Shown here: positions 47,301-56,010 of the stretch, in pieces
Position numbering within the stretch: position 1 is the first letter of the stretch
Layout: every line of letters begins with the position of its first letter
Source of the DNA: an uncultured bacterium
GTDB lineage: Bacteria; Cyanobacteriota; Cyanobacteriia; Phormidesmidales; Phormidesmidaceae
Assembly: GCA_966674685.1 (NCBI GenBank)
Contig: CBKWJC010000009.1
Coordinates: 25,490-89,489, forward strand
Length of the DNA stretch: 64,000 nucleotides
Direction: 5' to 3'
Notes under the pieces: generated by a model
Databases searched by the model: none
The model's input: the letters and a program-made list of their open reading frames with translations, nothing else
What the model was told of the DNA's origin: nothing
Position numbers and translations under genes: made by a program

Positions 47301-49260
47301 CATAGCCCTGAGCATCGACGTTGAGATCCAAGCGCTCAATCGCTGGCGCACCCTCACCCTGAAGCTGCACGTACACGGCTCCATCCGCTGTCAGCCGCTC
47401 GGCATTGGCCTCTAAAACCTGAATCTTCTCGCCATCCCAGACTACCTCTGCCGTCAGCGGTTGATTAAAATCGGCCAGCAGTTCCGAGAAGCTGAGCAAA
47501 CCATCGGAAAAGTTCACTGTGCCTTCGGCTCGCGTGTTCGCTGTACTCGCCTGATCGAGCGAACCCGATAGCCGCAAATCACCCCCTAAGCTACCCTGGA
47601 GCATTGGTGAGAAGCGGCGGAGCTGCACCCCTTCCGCCTGCACATCGGCCTGCCAGAGTCCCTCAGCTAACCGCCCACCGCCTCGAATAGTACCCTCCGC
47701 GACTTGCAGCACCGTATTCCGCAACTGCACGACGCCGTTTGCGATCGCAATTTCACCCTGTCCCGGATAGGTGGCAGCCGGAGCCTGCCAGTCAATCAAG
47801 GTTTCCAACCTGCCCAAGGGGCCGAAAACCTGCACGTCTGCGTTTACCGCTCCAAGTGCGATCGCAGAACTGTTCAACCCATAGGTAAGCGCCAGGGGAT
47901 CACCAGGGAGATCCTGTCCGGCCAGATCAAAAACCAATCCTCCTGACTCACCCAGCACAATCTGGCCATCGCCCGTAATCAGTCCACCCGCTTGGGGACG
48001 AGCTTGAATATTGGCAAACGACAGCTCTGGCCCACGCAGAGCAAACTCGGTCGCGACTTGCTGAAACAGAACGCGATCGATTTGGGCAATGCCCTGACTG
48101 CGAACGTCGCCAGACAGCAGGGGACGATTTAATGCCCCCTGTAAACTCAAGTTGGCCTGCAAATTCCCCTCTGTCGCAACGGGTGGCTCAAAGCCAAAGG
48201 TATCCCACAAGGATGCAATCGGCACATCCTCCAATCTGGCTTGCAGGTTATAGCCATTTTTCAAATGAATGGCACCATTCACAACACCCGGCAGTTCACC
48301 ATAGGTCAGCGCCACCTGATCAAACTGAATTTCCTGCCCCTGAAATCGCATCAGCCCCGTGGCATCGCTAAAGGACTGGGGCACATTTTGAATGGCAAAG
48401 TCCGCATCCTCAATTCGCGCCACCCCCTGCAACAGCAGCGGCTGATCTTCACGATTCAAAATGATCACGTTGCCACCAATTTGGCCGCTTTGAAAGTCGA
48501 GCGTGGGCGGCAGTTGTGCTAAATGACTAATATCTTCTGTGCGTAGATCATTGGCCTGGATGGATACGCGCAGCACCCGTGGTTCACGGCGAAAGGAGCC
48601 AAGAATCTTGAGGTCACCTTCTGCCCGTGCCTGCCCGGCCAAACTAAAGGTAATCTGTTCGCTGGTGTCCCGCAGTCGCACTCGCCCGACAATCTCCGTG
48701 AGTGGAATCGCTTCGTAGGGGGCAACCTCCGGGGGGCTGTAGGGTTGCAGCGTCAGCGCACTGTCTTGAATGGTAACCGCAGCCACTTCAAACTCAATTG
48801 CGCCCTCTGGTTGTGGCGTGATTTCCAAATCCAGCCAGTCTAGCTCTTCGTTTTGATGAAAATAGCCCTGCCCCCCCTGCAGGTGCAGATTCATGGACAG
48901 CTTGCGCTCAAAAACAACTTGCAGCGGATTGAAGCGCACGCGCAGCGATTCAATCGTGAGCCTGTCCGGATCGGTCGCCGTTTCCGGTAGAGTTGATTCG
49001 CCAAAGGTAACGTGGCTGATCGACCAAGATTGCACATCACCGATTTGAACCTCGCGGTTGATCAGGCGTTCAAGGGACTGCTCGACTTGGGGCGTGAGGC
49101 GCTCATTGATGTAGTTTGCAACCCACCAGCCGCCCGCGATCGCACCTAAACCTGCGATCGCACCCGTACCCAAACACAGGCGAATAATCCACCGAGAACG
49201 CGGATTCCTCGGTGGCTGTGGTTTTGGCTCAGAGTTATCGGAATGAGAAGAGTGAGTCAT
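44392..49260 (-). CDS. TamB-like translocation and assembly module protein (DUF490 C-terminus; TIC236 homologue type)
   Basis: 1622 aa with an N-terminal TM anchor and a long beta-rich repetitive body. The C-terminus reads ...LRYRINDEFLLRGSTNLDDDSRLILEYETRF. Confidence 0.8.
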   Translation of the reverse strand: MTHSSHSDNSEPKPQPPRNPRSRWIIRLCLGTGAIAGLGAIAGGWWVANYINERLTPQVEQSLERLINREVQIGDVQSWSISHVTFGESTLPETATDPDRLTIESLRVRFNPLQVVFERKLSMNLHLQGGQGYFHQNEELDWLDLEITPQPEGAIEFEVAAVTIQDSALTLQPYSPPEVAPYEAIPLTEIVGRVRLRDTSEQITFSLAGQARAEGDLKILGSFRREPRVLRVSIQANDLRTEDISHLAQLPPTLDFQSGQIGGNVIILNREDQPLLLQGVARIEDADFAIQNVPQSFSDATGLMRFQGQEIQFDQVALTYGELPGVVNGAIHLKNGYNLQARLEDVPIASLWDTFGFEPPVATEGNLQANLSLQGALNRPLLSGDVRSQGIAQIDRVLFQQVATEFALRGPELSFANIQARPQAGGLITGDGQIVLGESGGLVFDLAGQDLPGDPLALTYGLNSSAIALGAVNADVQVFGPLGRLETLIDWQAPAATYPGQGEIAIANGVVQLRNTVLQVAEGTIRGGGRLAEGLWQADVQAEGVQLRRFSPMLQGSLGGDLRLSGSLDQASTANTRAEGTVNFSDGLLSFSELLADFNQPLTAEVVWDGEKIQVLEANAERLTADGAVYVQLQGEGAPAIERLDLNVDAQGYALTSLPVSLPYANLTGTADFAGQVTGPLSAINLVGDVQVNQTRVNTLAFDPTLVGTIRYGLGSGLDLDLQGPADSVLLRLAADNRPQEFRVVLDDAIATGRSSGDDLIIGLENLRLDRLALPPAGYLGSLGGEVDADLTFNWLDRSLVGSYQVADPRIGYIEIDDLQGDFRYADGALLIPTTTLSQGESVYQLQGRVTPGAEPLVQGSIQIEQGRLQDILTALKLFELEDLQRGLRPPIYDGAASLDLIDVGFPGDVPILRQLRRLAEIDALLAQQRLEQANASRLPPLSELTGEFSGTIENIAWSPRQGLQMEFDLDGENWIWDRYRINDVVAQGNLDQDVLTLQPLRLVGDDDLLLSFRGRIGGNDQTGQLEARNLPVALVRDFVDLPVDLEGDFGILANLSGSFDNPNVVGSASLSDASINNTEIRMGEVSFRYADAVIGANGNVVVGKSKEPLTLQARIPYQFPFVSVAPSTDEVLVQVDVRNEGLAFLNAFTDQVEWIEGEGRAQLQIAGAPTNLSVLGDIEVQDAVLASQTFPTEPFTNVDGQIQFSRDRIMVDQLRGDFSQGEIYAAGVIPIFQSLSEGDPDLADPLTLTMRDIDINFKGLYNGGVGGQVFLLGSALAPQLQGDVVLSNGQFFLPDQAGNGATTVAATNGSTPDSVETSAADPALVEPNATASLRFRDLNLQLGDNVEIRKEPILAFIATGNILLNGSLNNLQSLRPDGTIELQRGQVNLFTSRFRLTNDYPQTATFRTNLGLNPLLDIQLITSATEVTRAPIQDTTSSTWQGAIPFASTEVQDVSRNSVGELQTVRIYATVTGLASELFENIELTSSPSRSEAEIVSLIGGGFVDTLGRSDSTLAIANLAGSTLFGGIQDAIGTAIGLSEFRLFPTYVTSDDEQTSALALGAELGIDITDDLSASVVQILTGSEDSTRFGLRYRINDEFLLRGSTNLDDDSRLILEYETRF

Positions 49261-49999
49261 TAAGAATCGTTACAGCCGTGGCGATGCGGAGAAGATGACT
49301 ATAAAGCGATCTGAAATGCTGGATCAAAGCGGGTGAGACAAAAACTCGAACTGCCAACAATCCAGGTCAGGTCTGAGGACGTATGGGGGCGCATTGAGGA
49401 CATTGACGCATAAGGACGCACATTGAGGACGAAGATTAGGGATTAGATGTGCCGCGTGAACTGTTCATCATGTTCATCTATTACTTGTCCATGACTTATC
49501 GATGACTTGTCTATCACTCATTGATTCAACACCCGTTTACTTAGACAAGGTTGGCAGAAATTGATCTCTGATTAGGCTAGCACCTCATTCTCTCTCTCTC
49601 TCATACGTAAGTTTTATGACAACGGATGTTCCTCCCCAGAGAGGATGCTATTCCTGGCTGGTTCAGTACGGTGATTGGCTAAAGTGCCAGGGCTATAACC
49701 CAGGACGATTGCATGGCTAGCGGCTTGGGACAGGCAGGCTGAAACAGGAAAGCCTGAGACAGGCAGATTAAACCAGAGCAGCGGTTCATCAAACCGTTGT
49801 CAGAGGCTCAACTTTCTGCGATCGCAGATGCGATTGCCCATTGCAGGCATGACATCAGTTCCGACTGCCAGAAGACGCTGCCTAGGCCATCGTAAATGTT
49901 CTGCGCTCCCACTCATCCCAGTTGTTCTGACCAATTTCACAGCGTGAACAGGTAGGATGAAGAAAACGTGAAGTCGCCTTTTGACATCCAAGACATCCG

Positions 50000-50419
50000 A
50001 TGCAGCAGCAGGTTTTTGTCATTTTATTTAACGCTCGTACAGAAAATGAGGGCATTCATAGCCTCCAGGTCAACGGTCGCAACACCATCTTGATGTTTGA
50101 GAGCGAGGATGATGCGACCCGCTTTGGCCTCATGCTAGAGGCGCAAGACTTTCCGCCTTGTTCCGTCGAAGCCTTCTTTACCGAAGAGATTGAAGAATTT
50201 TGCCAAGGGGCAGGCTATGAGTGCAAACTCATCCCTGAAGGAATGCTGGCCGTGCCGCCCGAACAGAACGTCGAGCAGACTGACTGGGATCCTGACCAGC
50301 GGCAGACGGCATCGGAATCAGGCACACCAGTCGAAGCGGCAGACGAAGCAGACAGCCCGGAAGACATACCTCAATCCGAACTCGACCGGATTCGGCGTCA
50401 GTTGGAGGGACTGCTGTGA
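50000..50419 (+). CDS. DUF3110-family protein
   Basis: VFVILFNARTENEGIHSL...ILMFESEDDATRFGLMLEAQDF is typical of the cyanobacterial and plastid DUF3110 family. Confidence 0.75.
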   Translation: MQQQVFVILFNARTENEGIHSLQVNGRNTILMFESEDDATRFGLMLEAQDFPPCSVEAFFTEEIEEFCQGAGYECKLIPEGMLAVPPEQNVEQTDWDPDQRQTASESGTPVEAADEADSPEDIPQSELDRIRRQLEGLL

Positions 50420-51399
50420 ATCAAAATATTCCCATTCAGCCCGATGTCTCTCAATTCATCCACCCCCCGAGCAGCGGAGGACAAGAGCGCGGGCATCTGC
50501 TAACTGAGCAAAACAACCCCAATAGCCATCATCTTGACCAGCTCTCCAGCCTGGAACTGGTGGATTTGTTCAATCAGGAAGATGCTCAAACGCTGCGGGC
50601 CATTGCTCAGGCGCGCATACCGCTTGCGATCGCAATTGACCAAACCGCTGCCGCCCTCCGACAGGGGGGGCGCTTGTTTTACATTGGTGCAGGCACCAGT
50701 GGCCGCTTGGGTGTCCTAGATGCTGCCGAATGCCCACCGACATTCTGCACCGACCCAGAACAGGTGCAGGGAATTATCGCTGGTGGAGCCGCTGCCCTGG
50801 TTCGCAGTTCCGAAAGTTTAGAAGATCGAGCCGAAGACGGAGCGAGTGCGATCGCGCATCATCACATTACCAACCGAGATGTCGTAGTGGGCATCACAGC
50901 GGGGGGGACAACACCTTACGTCCACGGGGCACTCCATGCTGCCCAAGAGCGGGGCTCAACCACAGTATTTATCGCCTGTGTCCCGGCTGAACAGGTGCCG
51001 TCCACTGCCGATATTGACATTCGCCTGCTGGTCGGGCCAGAGATCCTGGCGGGTTCCACGCGGCTCAAGGCGGGCACCGTCACCAAAATGGCGCTGAATA
51101 TTTTGTCTACGGGCGTGATGGTGCGACTGGGCAAGGTGTACGGCAATCGCATGGTGGACGTGGCGGTCACCAACAGCAAATTGTGCGATCGCGCCCTACG
51201 CATGATTCAAGATTTAACTGAATTAGATCGCACCGCAGCTCAAACGCTACTGGATCAGAGCGGCAATCGCGTCAAGCTGGCCCTGCTGATGCACTGGTCA
51301 GGGGTGACAGCGACTGAAGCTGAGCGTCTGCTGGAGGATCATCAGGGAAATCTGCGTCAGGCGTTAGCATCCGGCTCAGTTGCCGCATCATCGGATTAA
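50416..51399 (+). CDS. murQ: N-acetylmuramic acid 6-phosphate etherase
   Basis: SIS domain GRLFYIGAGTSGRLGVLDAAECPPTF, plus GSTRLKAGTVTKM. The GTG start overlaps the upstream stop (GTGA). Confidence 0.9.
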   Translation: MNQNIPIQPDVSQFIHPPSSGGQERGHLLTEQNNPNSHHLDQLSSLELVDLFNQEDAQTLRAIAQARIPLAIAIDQTAAALRQGGRLFYIGAGTSGRLGVLDAAECPPTFCTDPEQVQGIIAGGAAALVRSSESLEDRAEDGASAIAHHHITNRDVVVGITAGGTTPYVHGALHAAQERGSTTVFIACVPAEQVPSTADIDIRLLVGPEILAGSTRLKAGTVTKMALNILSTGVMVRLGKVYGNRMVDVAVTNSKLCDRALRMIQDLTELDRTAAQTLLDQSGNRVKLALLMHWSGVTATEAERLLEDHQGNLRQALASGSVAASSD

Positions 51400-51468
51400 T
51401 CGTGTACCTAAATCGACTGCAGTTATACACCTCGCTAATCAAGCCCCCTTTTTTGAGTTCATACACCT

Positions 51469-53085
51469 ATGATTACTGTTCTGATCTTGCTGGCGGCCCT
51501 AGCTATTCTGGGCTGGGGACTCTATCGGGCGTTGCCCTATGGCAAGCTGGGCATTTTGGCCTGGCTCCAGTCCGTAGTACTCATGCTGCCCTGGCTCTTA
51601 TTTTTTGGTTTAACCGCTTTTGGGCTGTTCCTCAACCTGGCCACGGTGCTGTTTATGCTGCTGATTTCCACCGGGATCTATATCTACATCGGGCGGCAAC
51701 TCCGTAAAGCTGGAGCCAATTTACCAAAATCTAATCAGCCCGTTTCTCTAACAGATGGTGCTCATCCATCATCAACTGACGCTTCATCCCTCAGTCGCTC
51801 AGAGGCTAAAGAGGCAACGAGCCGTCCAGCCGTTTACGATACAGAGGCTCAATCTGTCAACGCAGAGACCGAGTCAACTCAACCATCGGAATCAGAGACT
51901 CAATCGACTCCAGGCCGGGGTGCCGCAAATGCGACGACCAACGATCAAGCAGAGAAACCTGAACTGCCGGAAATTCATCCCATTCCAGCCGAAGATTTGA
52001 CTGCGATTCAGGGCATTTTCGGCGTTGATACCTTCTTCAGCACGGAAACGATTCCCTATCAAGATGGAGCAATTTTTAAAGGCAATCTGCGCGGTGAGCC
52101 AGCGGAGGTGCATTGTGAGCTGACCAAAGCATTAGCAGAACGGCTCAGCGATCGCTATCGGCTGTTTTTGGTGGAGGGGATTGAGAAGCGCCCAGTCGTG
52201 ATTGTTCTACCCAGCAGCAACGATCCTAAACCTCTCTCTCCTCTCCAAAAGGGCATCGCGGTTGGACTTGCGATCGCAACACTGGTCACGGTGTTTGAAA
52301 CCTGCGCCTTTTTGCTGGGCTTTGATCTGTTTGAAACGCCCAATCGCTGGCCGGAAGTGGCCCCAATTGGCATCAGCGTCTTGCTCATCCTGATTGCCCA
52401 TGAAATTGGGCACTGGGTACTGGCAAAGCGCAATCAGGTCAAACTAGCCTGGCCGTTCTTCATTCCCGCGATTCAGATCGGCTCCTTTGGCGCAATCACT
52501 CGCTTTACGTCGCTTTTGCCGAACCGCACGGTTCTATTTGATGTTGCGATCGCAGGCCCTGCCGCAGGCGGTCTGATCTCGCTGGTCATGCTGATCGCCG
52601 GACTGATACTGTCCCATCCCGGCAGCCTGTTTCAGATTCCGGTGGAATTCTTTCAGGGTTCTATCCTGGTGGGCACTCTGGCCAAAGTGATTCTGGGCGA
52701 TGCCCTCACTACACCGATCGTTGATGTTCATCCACTGATGATCATTGGCTGGCTAGGCCTAGTGATTACTGCCATCAATCTGATGCCCGCAGGCCAACTG
52801 GACGGAGGCCGCATCGTCCAGGCCATCTATGGTCGCACCACGGCCCGCCGCACCACCTTCGCCACCCTGATTATTCTCGGCTTGGCTTCTTTAGTGAACC
52901 CACTGGCCCTCTACTGGGCCATCCTCATCCTCTTCCTACAGCGCGACCTGGAACGGCCTAGTTTAGAGGAGCTGACAGAACCCGATGATGCCCGCGCAGC
53001 CATTGGTTTACTAGCCCTATTTCTGATGATTGCGACGCTGCTCCCGCTTACCCCCAGCTTGGCCGGACGGCTCGGCATTGGCTAA
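51469..53085 (+). CDS. site-2 protease family (M50) membrane metalloprotease
   Basis: HEIGHW (HExxH) and NLMPAGQLDGG (NxxPxxxLDG) motifs in a polytopic protein, with a long N-terminal extension. Confidence 0.85.
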   Translation: MITVLILLAALAILGWGLYRALPYGKLGILAWLQSVVLMLPWLLFFGLTAFGLFLNLATVLFMLLISTGIYIYIGRQLRKAGANLPKSNQPVSLTDGAHPSSTDASSLSRSEAKEATSRPAVYDTEAQSVNAETESTQPSESETQSTPGRGAANATTNDQAEKPELPEIHPIPAEDLTAIQGIFGVDTFFSTETIPYQDGAIFKGNLRGEPAEVHCELTKALAERLSDRYRLFLVEGIEKRPVVIVLPSSNDPKPLSPLQKGIAVGLAIATLVTVFETCAFLLGFDLFETPNRWPEVAPIGISVLLILIAHEIGHWVLAKRNQVKLAWPFFIPAIQIGSFGAITRFTSLLPNRTVLFDVAIAGPAAGGLISLVMLIAGLILSHPGSLFQIPVEFFQGSILVGTLAKVILGDALTTPIVDVHPLMIIGWLGLVITAINLMPAGQLDGGRIVQAIYGRTTARRTTFATLIILGLASLVNPLALYWAILILFLQRDLERPSLEELTEPDDARAAIGLLALFLMIATLLPLTPSLAGRLGIG

Positions 53086-53389
53086 TGCGACTAGCTAATT
53101 CGTGCACTATAGACTAAATCGTATAGTTTTATTAACAAATTGAGGAGGAGGTGCGATCGCAGTTCACTTCATAGATGGAAGACTTAAGATGGGTAAAAAG
53201 AGAAGGATCAGCAGTCTTTAAAATCCCATTTCTCAAAGGGGTTATATACTTGGTCAACAAAACCAGAGTCAAACATTTTTTCTTTAAAGATAGAGTCTAG
53301 AAAGTAAAGGGTGCCCTGCTAAGTTTCACTATGTCATACGTATTCATAGCTTTCTTGGAATAAATTCAACTACGCTTAGTTCATCCATT

Positions 53390-54271
53390 ATGGTGACTGT
53401 AACCAAGCCCCTGCCCCCTGTTTTGTTACTACTTGACATCAATGTCTTAGTAACAAGCAATCTGCGTGACTGGCATCAATATTCCTCCGTTGGCTCCTGC
53501 ATTTTGCCCCAGTCCGTGGCCGATGAAATGCATCTGCTATTTAAGGATGCCGTCGATCCAGATTTAGAACGCGTAGCAAAAGAATTTCATCGGTTTCAAG
53601 CTACCCATCAGTGGCAATCGACCGAAATTATGGCCACCCATCCCTTGTTGAAAGGCCCAGAAGGGCGAGCCATCAGCAAAAAAGCCAGGCTATCGCTAGC
53701 TGTTGCCCGCTGTGCATATGGCGTAGCCAAACGATATCCAGCCCGCATGGTCGTCTTAGCAACCAATGACCAGCCGCAAATTCAGCGAATTCAAGCATTG
53801 CAGGTTCCTAATCTCTGCTGCATTACCGGAACGGCATTACAGCAATGGTCACAGTATGGACGACGCCCTGTTTCAGTCATGCAGCACTGGCAGCAGATGA
53901 AGGCAGGCGGATTGCAACCCGAGGATAGTCGTGTGCCAATTTCCGGTATTCGGTCAGATATCAGTCTATATCCAGCCTCAGATTTGTATTCTGGATTAAG
54001 TACAGCCCGATCTGGGGCATCTCAAACAATATCTCGTAGCAGTAAACACTCTGGCAATATGGCAAAAAAATCCCGCCGATCGTCCCGTCCTCATCTGCAA
54101 AAAAGTCAGCCTGTTTCCCATGATCGAAGCGCCGTCTCGCAGCTTTTCTCTTTGCTATCGGCACTGATTGCGCTGATTGTGGTCGGAGTAATCGGATGGC
54201 AACTCATCAAGGCCGTTGGTTCAGGTTGGGATCCGAATGCCGATCCCCCGATCACAGAACAAGCGGAATAG
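53390..54271 (+). CDS. PIN-like domain protein with a C-terminal transmembrane anchor
   Basis: The N-terminus LLLLDINVLV and the later VVLATNDQ suggest PIN-type acidic residues. The middle is disordered and rich in S, R and K. A TM helix LFSLLSALIALIVVGVIGW lies near the C-terminus. Confidence 0.5.
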   Translation: MVTVTKPLPPVLLLLDINVLVTSNLRDWHQYSSVGSCILPQSVADEMHLLFKDAVDPDLERVAKEFHRFQATHQWQSTEIMATHPLLKGPEGRAISKKARLSLAVARCAYGVAKRYPARMVVLATNDQPQIQRIQALQVPNLCCITGTALQQWSQYGRRPVSVMQHWQQMKAGGLQPEDSRVPISGIRSDISLYPASDLYSGLSTARSGASQTISRSSKHSGNMAKKSRRSSRPHLQKSQPVSHDRSAVSQLFSLLSALIALIVVGVIGWQLIKAVGSGWDPNADPPITEQAE

Positions 54272-54320
54272 AACTAAAAGGCACCTTTCGCGATCGCATT
54301 TGCAACTCTAGTCAGCCAAC

Positions 54321-54896
54321 ATGCCGTTCGATTCAACTCCTTCCGGCTCAGACGGTACACTGCAACCCAATTTATCTAGCGCTGAACATTCTGTCGAATC
54401 AGCCTTCTACTACTTTGCCTATGGCTCTTGCATGTGCCCAGTTGACTTAAAGCGTTCTCTGGGTGAAGCTACCCATTCCTACGTGATTGGGGCGGCCAAG
54501 CTGTCCGGCTATCGATTAGGGTTCTATCGGCGATCGCGACTGCGTCAATGCGGTGTCCTCGACATCATGCCGGACAGCGCTTCGACGGTTCATGGTGTGC
54601 TGTATCGCTTACCGCTGCGCCTCAGCCCCTTGCTTGATGCTCGCGAAGAAGGCTATCATCACCATGCCATTTCAGTGGAATGCAACAATCGCCACTATGC
54701 TAAAACCCGCACCTATACCGTCAGCCAAAAACTGGCGGTTGAAATTGCGCCTAACGACTGGTATTTCGATGTTGTCATGCGGGGAGCGCTAACCTGTGGT
54801 TTGCCTGAACAGTACTGCTGGCAACTCTTTCACCACATGCATGCTCTCCAGCAACAGGCAGTTGACGCCCTGCCGTCCCCTGTCAAATTTGGTTAG
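54321..54896 (+). CDS. gamma-glutamylcyclotransferase (AIG2/GGCT-like) family protein
   Basis: YYFAYGSCMCPVDLKRSL resembles the YFAYGSNM motif. The HGVLYRL and EGY motifs are also present. Confidence 0.7.
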   Translation: MPFDSTPSGSDGTLQPNLSSAEHSVESAFYYFAYGSCMCPVDLKRSLGEATHSYVIGAAKLSGYRLGFYRRSRLRQCGVLDIMPDSASTVHGVLYRLPLRLSPLLDAREEGYHHHAISVECNNRHYAKTRTYTVSQKLAVEIAPNDWYFDVVMRGALTCGLPEQYCWQLFHHMHALQQQAVDALPSPVKFG

Positions 54897-54903
54897 ATAG
54901 ACA

Positions 54904-54948
54904 AAACAGCGATGCAAAGCACGCAGTGCGTGCCTTGCATCGCTGTTT
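54904..54948. terminator. bidirectional stem-loop between convergent genes
   Basis: AAACAGCGATGCAAAGCACGCA / GTGCGTGCCTTGCATCGCTGTTT forms a stem of about 22 bp with one mismatch. Confidence 0.7.
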
Positions 54949-55105
54949 CTGAGATAGCCTTACAGAACTCAGGTTATCTCAGTTCTGCAATTTAGAACTA
55001 CAGATGAATCTAATGCTGAGTGCTGAGGGGTAAGAATACGCCTTTCCTCTCGCCTCCCGTCATTCAACGGGATTGCTGAACTATCAACGCGCGTTTGCTA
55101 CACCA

Positions 55106-55561
55106 TTAAGTTGGCAATAGGGCGCGCTGACAAGTGGGACACACCGCATGAATCGTCAACTGACAATCCAGCAGATGATAGCCTTCTTTCTGCGAGGTCT
55201 TGGTGCCAACCTTAAGAATGGAGTCATTCTTAAACTCAATCGTTTTGTTGCACCGGACGCAGATTAAATGATGGTGATGATGGGGATGAGGCTGATTCAG
55301 TTCGTAATGCTTGTGGCCTTCGGCGAGTTCAAGCTCTCTGAGGATCCCCATCCGCGCCATCAGCTTCAGAGTCCGATAGATCGTCGATAGACTGATGGGT
55401 TCATCCTGTTCTTGCAGCAAATTGTGCAAGTCCTCTGCACTTAAATGCTTACCCTTCGGCAGGTTTTGAAAAACTTGCAGAATGGTTTCACGCTGAGGGG
55501 TTAAACGCCAGCCTCTCTCATTTAATTCAGATTTCAGCGAAGCAGCACTGTAAATCGGCAT
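55106..55561 (-). CDS. Fur-family metalloregulator (Fur/Zur/PerR not resolved)
   Basis: 151 aa with the HTH region STIYRTLKLM, His-rich HPHHHHHLICVRC and CPTC. Confidence 0.88.
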   Translation of the reverse strand: MPIYSAASLKSELNERGWRLTPQRETILQVFQNLPKGKHLSAEDLHNLLQEQDEPISLSTIYRTLKLMARMGILRELELAEGHKHYELNQPHPHHHHHLICVRCNKTIEFKNDSILKVGTKTSQKEGYHLLDCQLTIHAVCPTCQRALLPT

Positions 55562-55808
55562 GGCTTTATTCTCAAGAATTGTCTCTTAATGAGAAGGATA
55601 ACTAATCCTGAGCCAATGTGCAAGAAGATATCACTATTGAGAATAATTGGCATTGTTAGCCATTCTTGGAAAGGAATAAACACAAGGCCAAGAGCCAGTT
55701 TTCATCAAAAATTGCGTTGCAAACTTTTATGAAGATCAGCACTCAGCTTCGTTATAGCTGTAGTCAGCTCTATTAAGACAACGTCCTACTATCAAGTTCG
55801 CGTATAAG

Positions 55809-55871
55809 AACCCAATTTATTTTTTGTGAAACGCTTGCTCTGCAAGCGTTTCACAAAAAATAAATTGGGTT
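55809..55871. repeat. AACCCAATTT palindromic element, perfect copy
   Basis: 30-bp arms AACCCAATTTATTTTTTGTGAAACGCTTGC / GCAAGCGTTTCACAAAAAATAAATTGGGTT with a 3-nt loop. Confidence 0.8.
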
Positions 55872-55935
55872 TTCAACTGGACTTTATATAACCAATATGA
55901 CTATCGCTATATAGTGCTAAGCGCCTAGACACGGA

Positions 55936-55994
55936 AAACCCCAGAGGGATCAGTTATCGCCGCTCAGCAGCGATAACTGATCCCTCTGGGGTTT
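55936..55994 (-). terminator. intrinsic terminator of the sigma factor gene
   Basis: Perfect 25-bp stem (AAACCCCAGAGGGATCAGTTATCGC and its complement). On the minus strand it is followed by TTTTCC, 17 nt after the stop codon. Confidence 0.8.
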
Positions 55995-56010
55995 GGTGCC
56001 TGATGAAAAT

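Noticed and set aside
44621-48522. Multiple 60-136-aa plus-strand ORFs within the TamB-like gene.
   Set aside because: All are antisense to a continuous 1622-aa ORF with coherent domain-like sequence. They were treated as shadow ORFs.
49362-49373. CCAGGTCAGGTC resembles the conserved core of SRP (4.5S/ffs) RNA.
   Set aside because: The following bases (TGAGGACG) lack the GGAA tetraloop and the symmetric-loop context. No extended helix could be drawn.
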